From a virus (lineage: Duplodnaviria; Caudoviricetes): a stretch of DNA of 64,000 bases. Location: positions 5,537-69,536 of the IMG/VR virus record IMGVR_UViG_3300033068_000911; one strand, 5' to 3'. Below, one piece after another: positions 47,017 to 54,822 of the stretch. How positions within the stretch are numbered: the stretch's first letter is position 1; every line of letters begins with the position of its first letter. The notes beneath the pieces were generated by a model, which saw nothing but the letters and a program-made list of their open reading frames with translations, was not told the origin of the DNA and ran no database searches. Made by a program: the position numbers and the translations under genes.

Positions 47017-47186
47017 CTCTTAATGGCTGCATCGAGAGCGGCCTGTTGTGTTGGTTCTATTCCGCGATAATGCCGCCCGCCCTTCCAGCATCGCCAGAAC
47101 CAGAAGTTACCCCGATAATCGGGTGCCAATGACTTGAAAACCCTGATTGGCTTGGATATATAGCGAGGTTCGTCGTTGCTGCTCAT
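47001..47186 (-). CDS. Hypothetical leaderless protein
   Basis: ATG 6 nt downstream of a TAGCAT -10. Confidence 0.55.
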   Translation of the reverse strand: MSSNDEPRYISKPIRVFKSLAPDYRGNFWFWRCWKGGRHYRGIEPTQQAALDAAIKRWKAR

Positions 47187-47192
47187 GGTGCC

Positions 47193-47221
47193 ATGCTAGC
47201 ACGTCAATCTTCAGTCGTCAA
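47193..47221 (-). promoter_or_regulatory. Leftward promoter
   Basis: TTGACG-N17-TAGCAT; near-identical to the promoter at 53071..53099. Confidence 0.7.
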
Positions 47222-47594
47222 CGAGCGTCGGAGCTTTCGGGCGTCGCAAATTACAACGCTGGTGAACCATGCGATCGCCTCGCGCGAACGGATTATCAAC
47301 GATGCGAAGCGAGTGGTCTAGCTCCAGTCGCTCAGAGCGAAGCATCGTCTCCCCGCATAGTGGGCAGATGCGCTCTTGCGGCGGGAGGCGAAACAGCGCA
47401 CGCATAAGCCGCGTTCTGGTCCGCTGGTGCTCGCCGCCATAGCCGCGCATCGCGGCAGTTCCTCGGGTCCGCTCATGCTCCTTGCGATGCTCGTCGCATA
47501 AATTGTCATCTCGGGAGGCCAGGGCGGGGCAATTGCGGCGTTCGCCGTCTTCGTCAACGATCTTCGCTGAGCAGGTCCGTCGCGCGCGGGGCAT
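47211..47594 (-). CDS. HNH endonuclease (terminase-associated type)
   Basis: LCDEH...RGYGGEHQR...CPLCG...LELDH...MVHQRCN. Confidence 0.75.
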   Translation of the reverse strand: MPRARRTCSAKIVDEDGERRNCPALASRDDNLCDEHRKEHERTRGTAAMRGYGGEHQRTRTRLMRALFRLPPQERICPLCGETMLRSERLELDHSLRIVDNPFARGDRMVHQRCNLRRPKAPTLVDD

Positions 47595-48159
47595 TCTTGA
47601 TCTTCTCCTTCCACTCCGTGAATCCGATATATTGCGGACACTCGAATCCTGGCACCCAGTAGCCGAACATGTGCGGCTTTCCGTCGATCCACATTCCAGC
47701 GACGGCCATCGTGTGAATCCATGCACGAACGACGATCGAGTCGATGGGCTCCGGTTCGCGGTATCCGACGCAAACGCGAGTTCGCGTGTCGTTTTCGGTG
47801 GGCTCGCGGTGATCCCATATCTGCGCTCGCTTCATCTCGCCATGACCGTCGAGTGCCCAGCCGCGCGCGTAGGTCGCCGCCGCTCGCCCGCCCTGGCCTA
47901 CGATGAGCCTGAGTGATCCGGTAATGCTTGCGCTGGTCGGATATGACTCGTGCAGTGCAACGGACTTGACGCGACCCTCGGGATTGACTTTGCTTGGCCG
48001 CGTCCATTCAATGAGAATCGGAACGTTCGTCGCGCGCACAAGCGGCTCGTGGATTACGGGGGGTTTCCATGATTTGTCGACTTCTGGCGGACGCTTGAAC
48101 AGGTCCGGGTTCTCATGAGGAAGCAAGGAGATGTACTTTCGCCTTAGCTTTCCCTGCAA
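47554..48159 (-). CDS. Hypothetical protein
   Basis: Open frame that fills the - strand operon; start uncertain. Confidence 0.45.
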   Translation of the reverse strand: MQGKLRRKYISLLPHENPDLFKRPPEVDKSWKPPVIHEPLVRATNVPILIEWTRPSKVNPEGRVKSVALHESYPTSASITGSLRLIVGQGGRAAATYARGWALDGHGEMKRAQIWDHREPTENDTRTRVCVGYREPEPIDSIVVRAWIHTMAVAGMWIDGKPHMFGYWVPGFECPQYIGFTEWKEKIKNAPRATDLLSEDR

Positions 48160-48760
48160 CCCTAAGGGAGCCTATTGTCATCGGGTATGCATTGAGAATT
48201 ATCATGCTTGGCAAATATCCAATCAATCCTCTGTCCGTACTTGCGAAGATGATTTGACGATTCTCCGTGTGAATCATGCTTCCACTGGCGCTAAACGTCA
48301 CGTACCTAGCTTTGAGTTGCCTCATAAGCTCGTTTTGCAATGCGATGTTAGCTTTCAGTGTTCCCATGATGGCAATGTCGCCACCAGTATGCTGCGCCAC
48401 CCTGGCGATAGTATCGACGTCAATGCGTTTCGGAAGGTGGCGTTCGTAGATGTCACCCCATCGGATTGTGAAGATGAGTCCTTGTCCATGAAGGGCATCG
48501 AGCGTGGCGTAGTAATACCGCTCGGGGTCGCTAGTGTTGATTCTCACCCTCTCAAGAATGAGATAGGGATCAGGCGGGAAGACGTGTTCCGCAGCATCAC
48601 CTTCGGTGATCTGCAATCCCTGGCGTCGAATGCCCACGAGAACGGTCGCGAGGATTGTTGCATACGATGGATACATGATGGCTTCTGCGTTGTCCATCTT
48701 CATGAGGGAATCAACGATGGCGGGGCGGTCGATGCTCACTTCTGGCTTCCCTTCCAGCAT
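48113..48760 (-). CDS. Hypothetical protein (lower-GC segment)
   Basis: 215-aa ORF on the operon strand. Confidence 0.5.
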   Translation of the reverse strand: MLEGKPEVSIDRPAIVDSLMKMDNAEAIMYPSYATILATVLVGIRRQGLQITEGDAAEHVFPPDPYLILERVRINTSDPERYYYATLDALHGQGLIFTIRWGDIYERHLPKRIDVDTIARVAQHTGGDIAIMGTLKANIALQNELMRQLKARYVTFSASGSMIHTENRQIIFASTDRGLIGYLPSMIILNAYPMTIGSLRVAGKAKAKVHLLASS

Positions 48761-48975
48761 TCCTTGTGACGATCCTCGTCGTCATCATAGTTGTTACAAT
48801 CGGAGATTCCTGTGTCACTGCCGGATAGCCAGTAGACATGGCAGTGAGTGCAGTAGTATTCGTTATCATCGTTTTCAAGTCGGTCGCCGCATCGACTGCA
48901 ATATGCGGTAAACTCGATATGCGGAACGGGCTCCGATTTACTTTCTCCGTCAGTGAAATCGATCATTTCTACCAT
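48736..48975 (-). CDS. Small Zn-ribbon protein following array 5
   Basis: GAAGGGA SD; CSRCG...CTHC. Confidence 0.55.
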   Translation of the reverse strand: MVEMIDFTDGESKSEPVPHIEFTAYCSRCGDRLENDDNEYYCTHCHVYWLSGSDTGISDCNNYDDDEDRHKECWKGSQK

Positions 48976-48985
48976 GATGTCCCTT

Positions 48986-49051
48986 CGTCCTTGCCTTGCC
49001 CCGCCATGCCGAGCCTCGCCCAGCCAAGCCGAGCCCGGCCTCGTTGCGCGT
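48986..49051 (-). ncRNA. GGC-NN pentamer array 5 (candidate guide RNA)
   Basis: CGCAAC-GA, then GGC + CG,TC,TT,TG,GA,TC,AT,GG,AA,AA, then GGA-CG; strict 5-nt period. Confidence 0.8.
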
Positions 49052-49087
49052 CTCGCGCAGGTGTGAAACTGCGCGAAACTTGGATAC

Positions 49088-49160
49088 TGCCCTTGCCTTG
49101 CCCCGCCATGCCCTGTCATACCATGCCACGCCTTGCCTTGCCGGGCCAAGCCCTGTTGCG
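49088..49160 (-). ncRNA. GGY-NN pentamer array 4 (candidate guide RNA)
   Basis: CGCAAC-AG, then NN = TT,CC,AA,AA,GT,AT,AT(after GGT),AG(after GAC),AT,GG,AA,AA. Confidence 0.8.
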
Positions 49161-49191
49161 CTCCCCGGTGAGGTGTCGAGCCTCACCGGGG

Positions 49192-49246
49192 ATTCCTTGC
49201 CACGCCTTGCCGTGCCCGGCCATGCCGTGCCAGGCCTCGTCAGGTC
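49192..49246 (-). ncRNA. GGC-NN pentamer array 3 (candidate guide RNA)
   Basis: GAC-CT, GAC-GA, then GGC + CT,AC,AT,CG,AC,AA,GT,AA, then GGA-AT. Confidence 0.75.
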
Positions 49247-49722
49247 TGGTGATTGAGAACTTCGGCCATTTCGCGCTCGCGGCGCATCGCTGCCGCGATA
49301 GCCTGCTCTGCCGCTGCTGTCGCCACGATGTGACGACCGAAGCGGTTGCGCACTGCATTCGTTGCGTTCGTCAGATCGGGCGTTTCTAGCGTTTTCCGCG
49401 CACGCTTCATTGCTTTTCGTGAGCGCTCCTGGTGCCGCGTCGCAAGGGTCAAGTGATCTTCCACGCTGATGATCTGGTAGCCAACGAGGCGCACGGTCTC
49501 AGCGGTGCGGTGGTCGTCCTCCTGAAGCTTGCGCCGCGCTCGTTGAGAGAGTTGCTGTAGTCGCTGCAAGCCATCTTTTGAATGGGGCAGCATGAGCAGA
49601 TCGAGAAGTTCGGCATACTTGACAATCTCGCCTTCCGACATATCGCGGAGCCGGTCATAAATCTTCTGCCAGTCTTCGATCTTGTCGCGAACGGGCACCT
49701 CGTGGGTGATGGTGTCGGTCAC
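49240..49722 (-). CDS. Accessory protein of the RAMP operon (wHTH-like N-terminus, helical C-terminus)
   Basis: WQKIYDRLRDMSEGEIVKYAELLDLL...VRLVGYQI; lies between the RAMP-like gene and array 3. Confidence 0.6.
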   Translation of the reverse strand: MTDTITHEVPVRDKIEDWQKIYDRLRDMSEGEIVKYAELLDLLMLPHSKDGLQRLQQLSQRARRKLQEDDHRTAETVRLVGYQIISVEDHLTLATRHQERSRKAMKRARKTLETPDLTNATNAVRNRFGRHIVATAAAEQAIAAAMRREREMAEVLNHQT

Positions 49723-49768
49723 TCTTCCTCTCCAATCAGGTCAGTCATGCTAGGAATTTCTTTCAATG

Positions 49769-50344
49769 CTACGACACCTTTTCCAGGATCACGGAGAAGC
49801 GACCGAAACGCGGACGCCAGTCGCCAAGGCCGACGAATCCAGAACGGCCCACGATGGCCGAGAAGTCATCCCATGAAAGCGTGGAATCATCCAGCATCCC
49901 CGTCGTTTCAATGCTCCACTCGCTGAACTGCGGACGCGTGCGCATCACACGAGAGTTCGTCACGCGGACGGAACTCACGTTGCGGAACTGCGGGTGCTCC
50001 CAAAGTCCATCGGCGTCGCGAGGGCCGTCGTACCGAAGCGGAATCTCCAGGTTGTCGAGAATCAACGACTTAATGACCGCCTGGCCGTGCCGCGTCGCCT
50101 TGCCCGCGTCCTGAATGCAGCGCACGAGGTTCGCGTCCGGAATGTAGGGGCCGTTCTTGTTGATATAGAGACCGGCGACGAACTCAAGCCGCTGGAGCTC
50201 TTCGATATCCTTGTCGGTCTTATTCGTCTTCTTCGACGTGATGGCCTTCATGGCCTTCGTGATCGGGTCACTCGGATCAACCGAGCGATCCGAGTGCATG
50301 AGAAGGGGAGTGATGCCCTCGATGAAAATGTGGAACTTCTGCAT
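49769..50344 (-). CDS. Stand-alone Cas7/RAMP-like RNA-binding protein (Vipr-like), 191 aa
   Basis: N-terminal strand FIEGITPLLMH, GPYIPDANL (compare Cas7 PYIPGSS), RTRPQF..W, C-terminal Gly-rich loop GFVGLGDWRPRFGRF. Confidence 0.8.
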   Translation of the reverse strand: MQKFHIFIEGITPLLMHSDRSVDPSDPITKAMKAITSKKTNKTDKDIEELQRLEFVAGLYINKNGPYIPDANLVRCIQDAGKATRHGQAVIKSLILDNLEIPLRYDGPRDADGLWEHPQFRNVSSVRVTNSRVMRTRPQFSEWSIETTGMLDDSTLSWDDFSAIVGRSGFVGLGDWRPRFGRFSVILEKVS

Positions 50345-50365
50345 TGTCTTGCCTCTCGTCGTTGT

Positions 50366-50428
50366 TTGCCTTGCCTTGCCGTGCCGCGCCTTGCCGTGCC
50401 AAGCCGTGCCGAGCCCCGCCAAGTTGCG
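50366..50428 (-). ncRNA. GGC-NN pentamer array 2 (candidate guide RNA)
   Basis: CGCAAC-TT, then GGC + GG,TC,AC,TT,AC,AA,GC,AC,AA,AA,AA. Confidence 0.8.
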
Positions 50429-50470
50429 TTTCCCAATGAGGAGTCGAACCTCATTTCGACCATCCGAAAA
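50429..50470 (-). other. tRNA-elbow mimic between arrays 1 and 2
   Basis: TTTTCG-GATGGTCGA-AATGAGG-TTCGACT-CCTCATT-GGGAAA: canonical T-loop with a D-loop-like GG bulge. Confidence 0.65.
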
Positions 50471-50524
50471 AACCCTGCCACGCCCTGCCGTGCCATGCCA
50501 GGCCTAGCCTGGCCACGTTTCGCC
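50470..50524 (-). ncRNA. GGY-NN pentamer array 1 (candidate guide RNA)
   Basis: GGC-GA, AAC-GT, then GGC + CA,TA,CT,AT,AC,AG,GT,AG, then GGT-TT. Confidence 0.8.
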
Positions 50525-50535
50525 CTGGTGGTGCT

Positions 50536-50565
50536 AGCTTAGCGCACCGATTCCCGTCGTTTCAA
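50536..50565 (-). promoter_or_regulatory. Promoter of the RAMP/array operon
   Basis: TTGAAA-N18-TAAGCT followed by GCACCAC, as in the other right-arm promoters. Confidence 0.7.
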
Positions 50566-50721
50566 GCGGCACCTGGGGCAATAATCCAAGTCCATCGCTT
50601 TTCCTAGCCAACCTTCGATAGCCGCCTGCGCCCTCACCTCGGCGAGAGTTCCTGGCATGCCTGGATCGAAAATCTCGCCACACTGGTCACAAGTAAGCGT
50701 CCAGATGAGATAGGCGGTCAC
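50539..50721 (-). CDS. Small Zn-finger protein
   Basis: TCDQCG...DYCPRC. Confidence 0.6.
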   Translation of the reverse strand: MTAYLIWTLTCDQCGEIFDPGMPGTLAEVRAQAAIEGWLGKAMDLDYCPRCRLKRRESVR

Positions 50722-51194
50722 TTCTGCAACCTAGGCACGTCGATCGTCAATGGCTGGTCGCTGTAGATGATCGGAAGGTCCGTCTGAACCATCGTGCCAT
50801 CCGCAAGAAAGAAGAACTTGCCAGGATCGCCATCACCATAGGTGTTGTCATCCTGCTTGGAATCGAGAACATGGCACGACTCATAACTAGTGCCCTTGCA
50901 AATGACCTCTTGTTCTGGGCCAATCTGAGAGCCGGACGACGAAACCTTGCCTTTGATGACGTAATACCCGATGACGCTGCCGTAACTGACGATGTAGACG
51001 TAGCCAACGTTCGACGGGTCGTTTTCCCGCTTCGCGAGTTCGCGGAGATTCTTCTGCTCTAGCGACTGGCCCTGGATGACTGCGCTGTTTTTCTGTTCTT
51101 GCTTGCGCTGTTCGTACTCTTCGCCCGTGCATCCGGTCAGGGCCAGGGCGGTGGTTACCGCCAGCGCCGCGATACGTCGATGCGTCGTTTTCAC
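50718..51194 (-). CDS. Lipoprotein
   Basis: Signal peptide with lipobox LTG-C. Confidence 0.75.
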   Translation of the reverse strand: MKTTHRRIAALAVTTALALTGCTGEEYEQRKQEQKNSAVIQGQSLEQKNLRELAKRENDPSNVGYVYIVSYGSVIGYYVIKGKVSSSGSQIGPEQEVICKGTSYESCHVLDSKQDDNTYGDGDPGKFFFLADGTMVQTDLPIIYSDQPLTIDVPRLQK

Positions 51195-51598
51195 AGATCA
51201 TCCTTACTGGGCATGCAATCCAGCGCGGGATCGCTGATGTCAATCCTGTCGGGGAGTTCCATGTCTCGGAAGTCTTTCGAGTTGTACTCGTTGGACTTGC
51301 TGTTGTATTCGGCAATGCGACTCAGGCAGTACGTCTGAGTGCCAAGCATGTTCTGCTGTGCGGTCTTGTCGTCCGGATTGGCCTTCGCCGCCTTCGCGAG
51401 AACGTCAAGCTTCATGTCCGTGGCGCGGATGTCTTCGATGATCCGATGAAACTCCTGCTGCGCCTGGACTCGGTTGACGCCCGACTGCTGATTTCGGTAC
51501 GCGTCGGCTTGACCGCGAGGTCCGGCGAGCCAAACGCCGCCGCCGATGGCCAGGGCGGTGGTTGCGGCCAGCGCCACTGCTGCGATCGTCCGATTCAT
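51191..51598 (-). CDS. Membrane-anchored or secreted helical protein
   Basis: N-terminal hydrophobic segment; YCLSRIAEYNSKS motif. Confidence 0.6.
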   Translation of the reverse strand: MNRTIAAVALAATTALAIGGGVWLAGPRGQADAYRNQQSGVNRVQAQQEFHRIIEDIRATDMKLDVLAKAAKANPDDKTAQQNMLGTQTYCLSRIAEYNSKSNEYNSKDFRDMELPDRIDISDPALDCMPSKDDL

Positions 51599-51816
51599 GC
51601 TGGCCTCAATTGTGACGATCGCGTCTCGTGAATGACGATTTCCTGAATCTGCGGGAAGGTTTCAACGAGAGTATGGAGCTCGTCGATCACCTCGGCATGC
51701 AAGATGCTATCCGCTTCCAAAGTGACGCTTGAACTACTATTTTTCATGATAGTGACAGTCGTGCGATAGGTCCCTTCGTACACCTTCACCTCGGGCTGTA
51801 GTGGCCCAGAATCCAC
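51595..51816 (-). CDS. Hypothetical protein
   Basis: Operon packing. Confidence 0.45.
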   Translation of the reverse strand: MDSGPLQPEVKVYEGTYRTTVTIMKNSSSSVTLEADSILHAEVIDELHTLVETFPQIQEIVIHETRSSQLRPA

Positions 51817-52073
51817 TGCCTTACCTCCTGCCAGTCGTAGATGCTCGTGCTCTTCAAGGTGACGATGGGCTCAGGGAATCCATTACCCGATCGGTATGCG
51901 CCGCTGGACTTCTCTTGCTTTGGCTTGCGGCGGTCGATCCACGTGCTCATGAGCGAGCGCGCGGTGTTGAACTGCTCGGGGTCGTAATCGCTGACTCGCA
52001 TGTCGATGAACCGTTCGGTCATCTCGTACGTGCCCACAAGGTCATCCGGATCAATCGTGATCGCTTCGGACAT
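51786..52073 (-). CDS. AlpA/excisionase-like HTH DNA-binding protein
   Basis: DLVGTYEM...STW...FPEPIVTL...IYDWQEVRQW. Confidence 0.65.
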   Translation of the reverse strand: MSEAITIDPDDLVGTYEMTERFIDMRVSDYDPEQFNTARSLMSTWIDRRKPKQEKSSGAYRSGNGFPEPIVTLKSTSIYDWQEVRQWILGHYSPR

Positions 52074-52413
52074 GGCTACCTCTTCCTCTCTTCGTCATTT
52101 GTCCTGTTGGCGAATCCTTGTGCGTTTCCGCGTAGAATTCACCCCTGTCGATGTATCGGCCTTTCCTGGCGAACCAATGCAGTCGAGCGCCCCGACCGAT
52201 CCGAACGGCACCCACGCGGTGCCTGCGCGCCGCCCTGGCCACGTAGACTACTGTCGCCTCACCTTCCCTCTTGTCGTCGGGGATGATCCAGAATCCCTTG
52301 TGCCCGCCAACTGGTGGCGCTTCACACCAGAACTCTCCGACTCTTCGCTCTTCGGTGGCATCGGTGTTGATCTGCGTCCACTCGATGTAGGAACCAGCCA
52401 TCCCGGCCCGCAT
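52051..52413 (-). CDS. Hypothetical protein
   Basis: Coupled to the nuclease stop codon. Confidence 0.5.
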   Translation of the reverse strand: MRAGMAGSYIEWTQINTDATEERRVGEFWCEAPPVGGHKGFWIIPDDKREGEATVVYVARAARRHRVGAVRIGRGARLHWFARKGRYIDRGEFYAETHKDSPTGQMTKRGRGSHVRSDHD

Positions 52414-52889
52414 CACTTCACGCCCTCGCACATGTGCACCGTCTCGGCATCGGCCCGGTGATACTCGGCCTCGTGTGGATGTTTCGCATATCCGTCGCGG
52501 CTGTCATATCGAGCGTTTGCGACGCCCATCTTGATCTGCCAGAGGCCAAGATCAGTGCCGTTGCCGTTCTTCACGTAGCGCACGAGACGCCCGTAGCGGT
52601 CCCGCGTATTTGAGCCCGCCTTCTCAAGTGCGACTCGCTTCGATGGCCCCAGGAACTCCGTGACGCTCGTCGTCGCCTCTTTGTAGCCGCACTGGCCGCG
52701 CTCGGGAGTGTCAATGCCCGCGACACGAACGGTTGAGCCGTCGTCCATCTCGATGGTGTCGCCGTCGATGACGCGAGCAACGATCTGGCCATCCGGGACC
52801 GGTTCGGCATTTCGACCGACCGTGACCCCCGTTACCGGAATGGCGACGAGAATCGCGATAGCGACGATCCGCTTGCGATCTACTGCCAT
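52413..52889 (-). CDS. Exported thermonuclease (SNase-like)
   Basis: RVIDGDTIE, VRVAGIDTPE, DRYGRLVRYV; N-terminal signal or anchor. Confidence 0.9.
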   Translation of the reverse strand: MAVDRKRIVAIAILVAIPVTGVTVGRNAEPVPDGQIVARVIDGDTIEMDDGSTVRVAGIDTPERGQCGYKEATTSVTEFLGPSKRVALEKAGSNTRDRYGRLVRYVKNGNGTDLGLWQIKMGVANARYDSRDGYAKHPHEAEYHRADAETVHMCEGVK

Positions 52890-53032
52890 TGCCGCCACCT
52901 CTTCAAGTGCAGCATGCGATCCTGCATGATGTTACGTCGCATGCGTTTGTACTCAATGATGATCGCCACATTAATAACGGTCATGATGACGGCAATAATT
53001 GTGAAGATGATCTGAAGATGAAGTGCCGTCAT
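52880..53032 (-). CDS. Small single-TM protein
   Basis: Hydrophobic core; preceded by a coupled 11-codon leaderless ORF (MNERGKKVRII). Confidence 0.5.
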   Translation of the reverse strand: MTALHLQIIFTIIAVIMTVINVAIIIEYKRMRRNIMQDRMLHLKRWRQWQ

Positions 53033-53070
53033 ATGATGCGCACCTTCTTGCCGCGTTCGTTCATGGTGCC

Positions 53071-53099
53071 AGCCTAGCACGTCAATCTTCGAGCGTCAA
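53071..53099 (-). promoter_or_regulatory. Leftward promoter
   Basis: TTGACG-N17-TAGGCT, then GGCACC-ATG. Confidence 0.7.
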
Positions 53100-53251
53100 G
53101 TCATGCGACGGTCCATGTCCCGTCAGGTGCTCGTGAACTTCCACGCCCCGGCGAACCACTCCATAATCGCCCGTCATCTTCCATGCGCACGTTGTGCAGG
53201 TGGCCAAGTAGACCCAATGGCCGTGATTCATGATTAGCTTTAATCGAAACA

Positions 53252-53620
53252 TCACGATGCCTCTATGACATGATCGGACCAGTACTGAATGGGGATGCCA
53301 AGTAAGCGAGCCGTGTTGTACTCAGCAGTGCATCCGCGCGAATATGACCAGCGCGGCCCCATGAGAACGATGTCACACGTCAGCATCTCGATAAGATCGG
53401 CTCGCAGGTAGCACAATCCGCTGTGCTCGCTCCCGCTGATGCCATAGTCCCTCGCTTCAGGACATGGGCCGTCGTGGTCATAGACGGGGATGTCGTGGGG
53501 AACCACGGCGATGTCGCCGCGCTGTTCGATCTTCGCCGCCATCTCGCGTGCCAGCGGCTCATTGAGGTTCGCGTGGCCACGCATCGGGATACTGATGTAG
53601 TACTTCACTTCTTGATCCAT
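53252..53620 (-). CDS. DUF4406-family (nucleoside deoxyribosyltransferase-like) protein
   Basis: YYISIPMRG...NEP...CDIVLMGPRWSYSRGCTAEYNTARLLGIPI. Confidence 0.75.
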   Translation of the reverse strand: MDQEVKYYISIPMRGHANLNEPLAREMAAKIEQRGDIAVVPHDIPVYDHDGPCPEARDYGISGSEHSGLCYLRADLIEMLTCDIVLMGPRWSYSRGCTAEYNTARLLGIPIQYWSDHVIEAS

Positions 53621-53961
53621 TCGTACCATTCGCAATTCCATTGCGGCTCGATGTCGAATCTGCCAATCTCGAACTCTTGACGCTTTGCGCTTCCGTTGAG
53701 TTCGGGAAGGATGTCCGGGTCGCTGTTCAGCCATTCGCAGATATTGCAGAACCCGGCATCTGTCATCTTGTGATACTCGATATCGCCGTTTCCAAGGTCG
53801 AGAACGTGCTGCATCTGGCCATCGGTGGTTGCGCAAACAATCTCGATATATTCGCAACCTTCGCTGCACGTGAGGCGGCACCGAGAACCTTCATCCGCGC
53901 CGCAAACCGCCTTGAACTTCACGCAATCCGTGTCGAACGTAACGACAATGCTGTGAATCAT
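53605..53961 (-). CDS. Cys-rich hypothetical protein
   Basis: Several CxxC pairs. Confidence 0.5.
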   Translation of the reverse strand: MIHSIVVTFDTDCVKFKAVCGADEGSRCRLTCSEGCEYIEIVCATTDGQMQHVLDLGNGDIEYHKMTDAGFCNICEWLNSDPDILPELNGSAKRQEFEIGRFDIEPQWNCEWYEWIKK

Positions 53962-53962
53962 G

Positions 53963-54214
53963 TCAGTCCAACGCCTTTCGGAGTGCGATGATCAAGTCGG
54001 GATTAACATTGATCCTCAGTTGAATAACGCGAGATGGAACGAAGTTCCGGTATGAGGGGGGAAGAATGAGCACCAGATCATGCGTTACCCCGTCGTCATT
54101 AGTCGCTGCGTTGCTGGCGAGGATATATGACCCACCCTTAGTAAAATAGGCGCACGTCCACGTGTCGATCTTGCCGACACGATATGCCTCCACGGCCTCG
54201 ATGATCTTTTCCAT
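53963..54214 (-). CDS. Hypothetical protein
   Basis: GAAGGGA-type SD; operon packing. Confidence 0.5.
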   Translation of the reverse strand: MEKIIEAVEAYRVGKIDTWTCAYFTKGGSYILASNAATNDDGVTHDLVLILPPSYRNFVPSRVIQLRINVNPDLIIALRKALD

Positions 54215-54229
54215 GACTCTGCCTTCCCT

Positions 54230-54631
54230 TCAGAACTTTCGACTGTGTAGATGTTCCCTGGTTTCGTTGTAAGCGATCTTTTCCAGGATCGCCTCGCCCA
54301 GGTCGATACCCCAAGCTCCCGCGAAGTCGAAACACCGAATGACGACATCGGCAATCTCAGACGGGACGCCTTCCGGCTTGCCAGGCTTGTCCGGGGATTC
54401 ATACCTCTCATGCGGCTCGCGGCCACTGCGAATCTCCTCGTGCGCTTCGGCCACTTCGCCAACGATGAGCATCAGCGCATTGCCCTGGACCCTTCGCATG
54501 TACTGCACATCACCAGAGTCGATGGCTCGTTGGCTCTCGGTGCGGAATCCATTCTTCATGTTGATGCGACCGACAATTGCCTGAAGGTCGTTAAAGACGT
54601 TCACTGTGAGATCGTGTTGCCACTTGTTCAT
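54230..54631 (-). CDS. MazG-like nucleotide pyrophosphohydrolase
   Basis: LIVGEVAEAHEEIR...SEIADVVIRCFD...AILEKIAYNETR. Confidence 0.85.
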   Translation of the reverse strand: MNKWQHDLTVNVFNDLQAIVGRINMKNGFRTESQRAIDSGDVQYMRRVQGNALMLIVGEVAEAHEEIRSGREPHERYESPDKPGKPEGVPSEIADVVIRCFDFAGAWGIDLGEAILEKIAYNETREHLHSRKF

Positions 54632-54822
54632 CGCTGAGCCCTCCTGCGTCGCGCCGCTTCCCTGTCTAGTGGCCTTGCCAGATCAGCCCTGCCTGCCCGT
54701 CGTAATGCACGGGCAACTCGATCCAGTGCGGTGATGTCAGATATTGCCGCGAAAGCGTCGGGACCGATCGTCTCGATGTCATTAATGAGCGCTTCGCGAC
54801 GCTCCAATACTATTTGGTTCAC
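54628..54822 (-). CDS. Hypothetical protein
   Basis: ATGA/GTGA coupling on both sides. Confidence 0.45.
   Translation of the reverse strand: MNQIVLERREALINDIETIGPDAFAAISDITALDRVARALRRAGRADLARPLDREAARRRRAQR

Noticed and set aside
48975-50530. Canonical CRISPR array or simple microsatellite
   Set aside because: There are no 25-45-bp repeats with 30-40-bp spacers. The invariant GGC with freely varying NN, conserved handles and hairpins does not fit slippage-derived microsatellites.
48736-50542. ORF-track proteins such as MARQGKAWHG... and ...PCPAMPCHT... over the GGC-NN arrays
   Set aside because: They are translations of the 5-nt periodic repeat in several frames and on both strands. True starts are 50344 and 48975.
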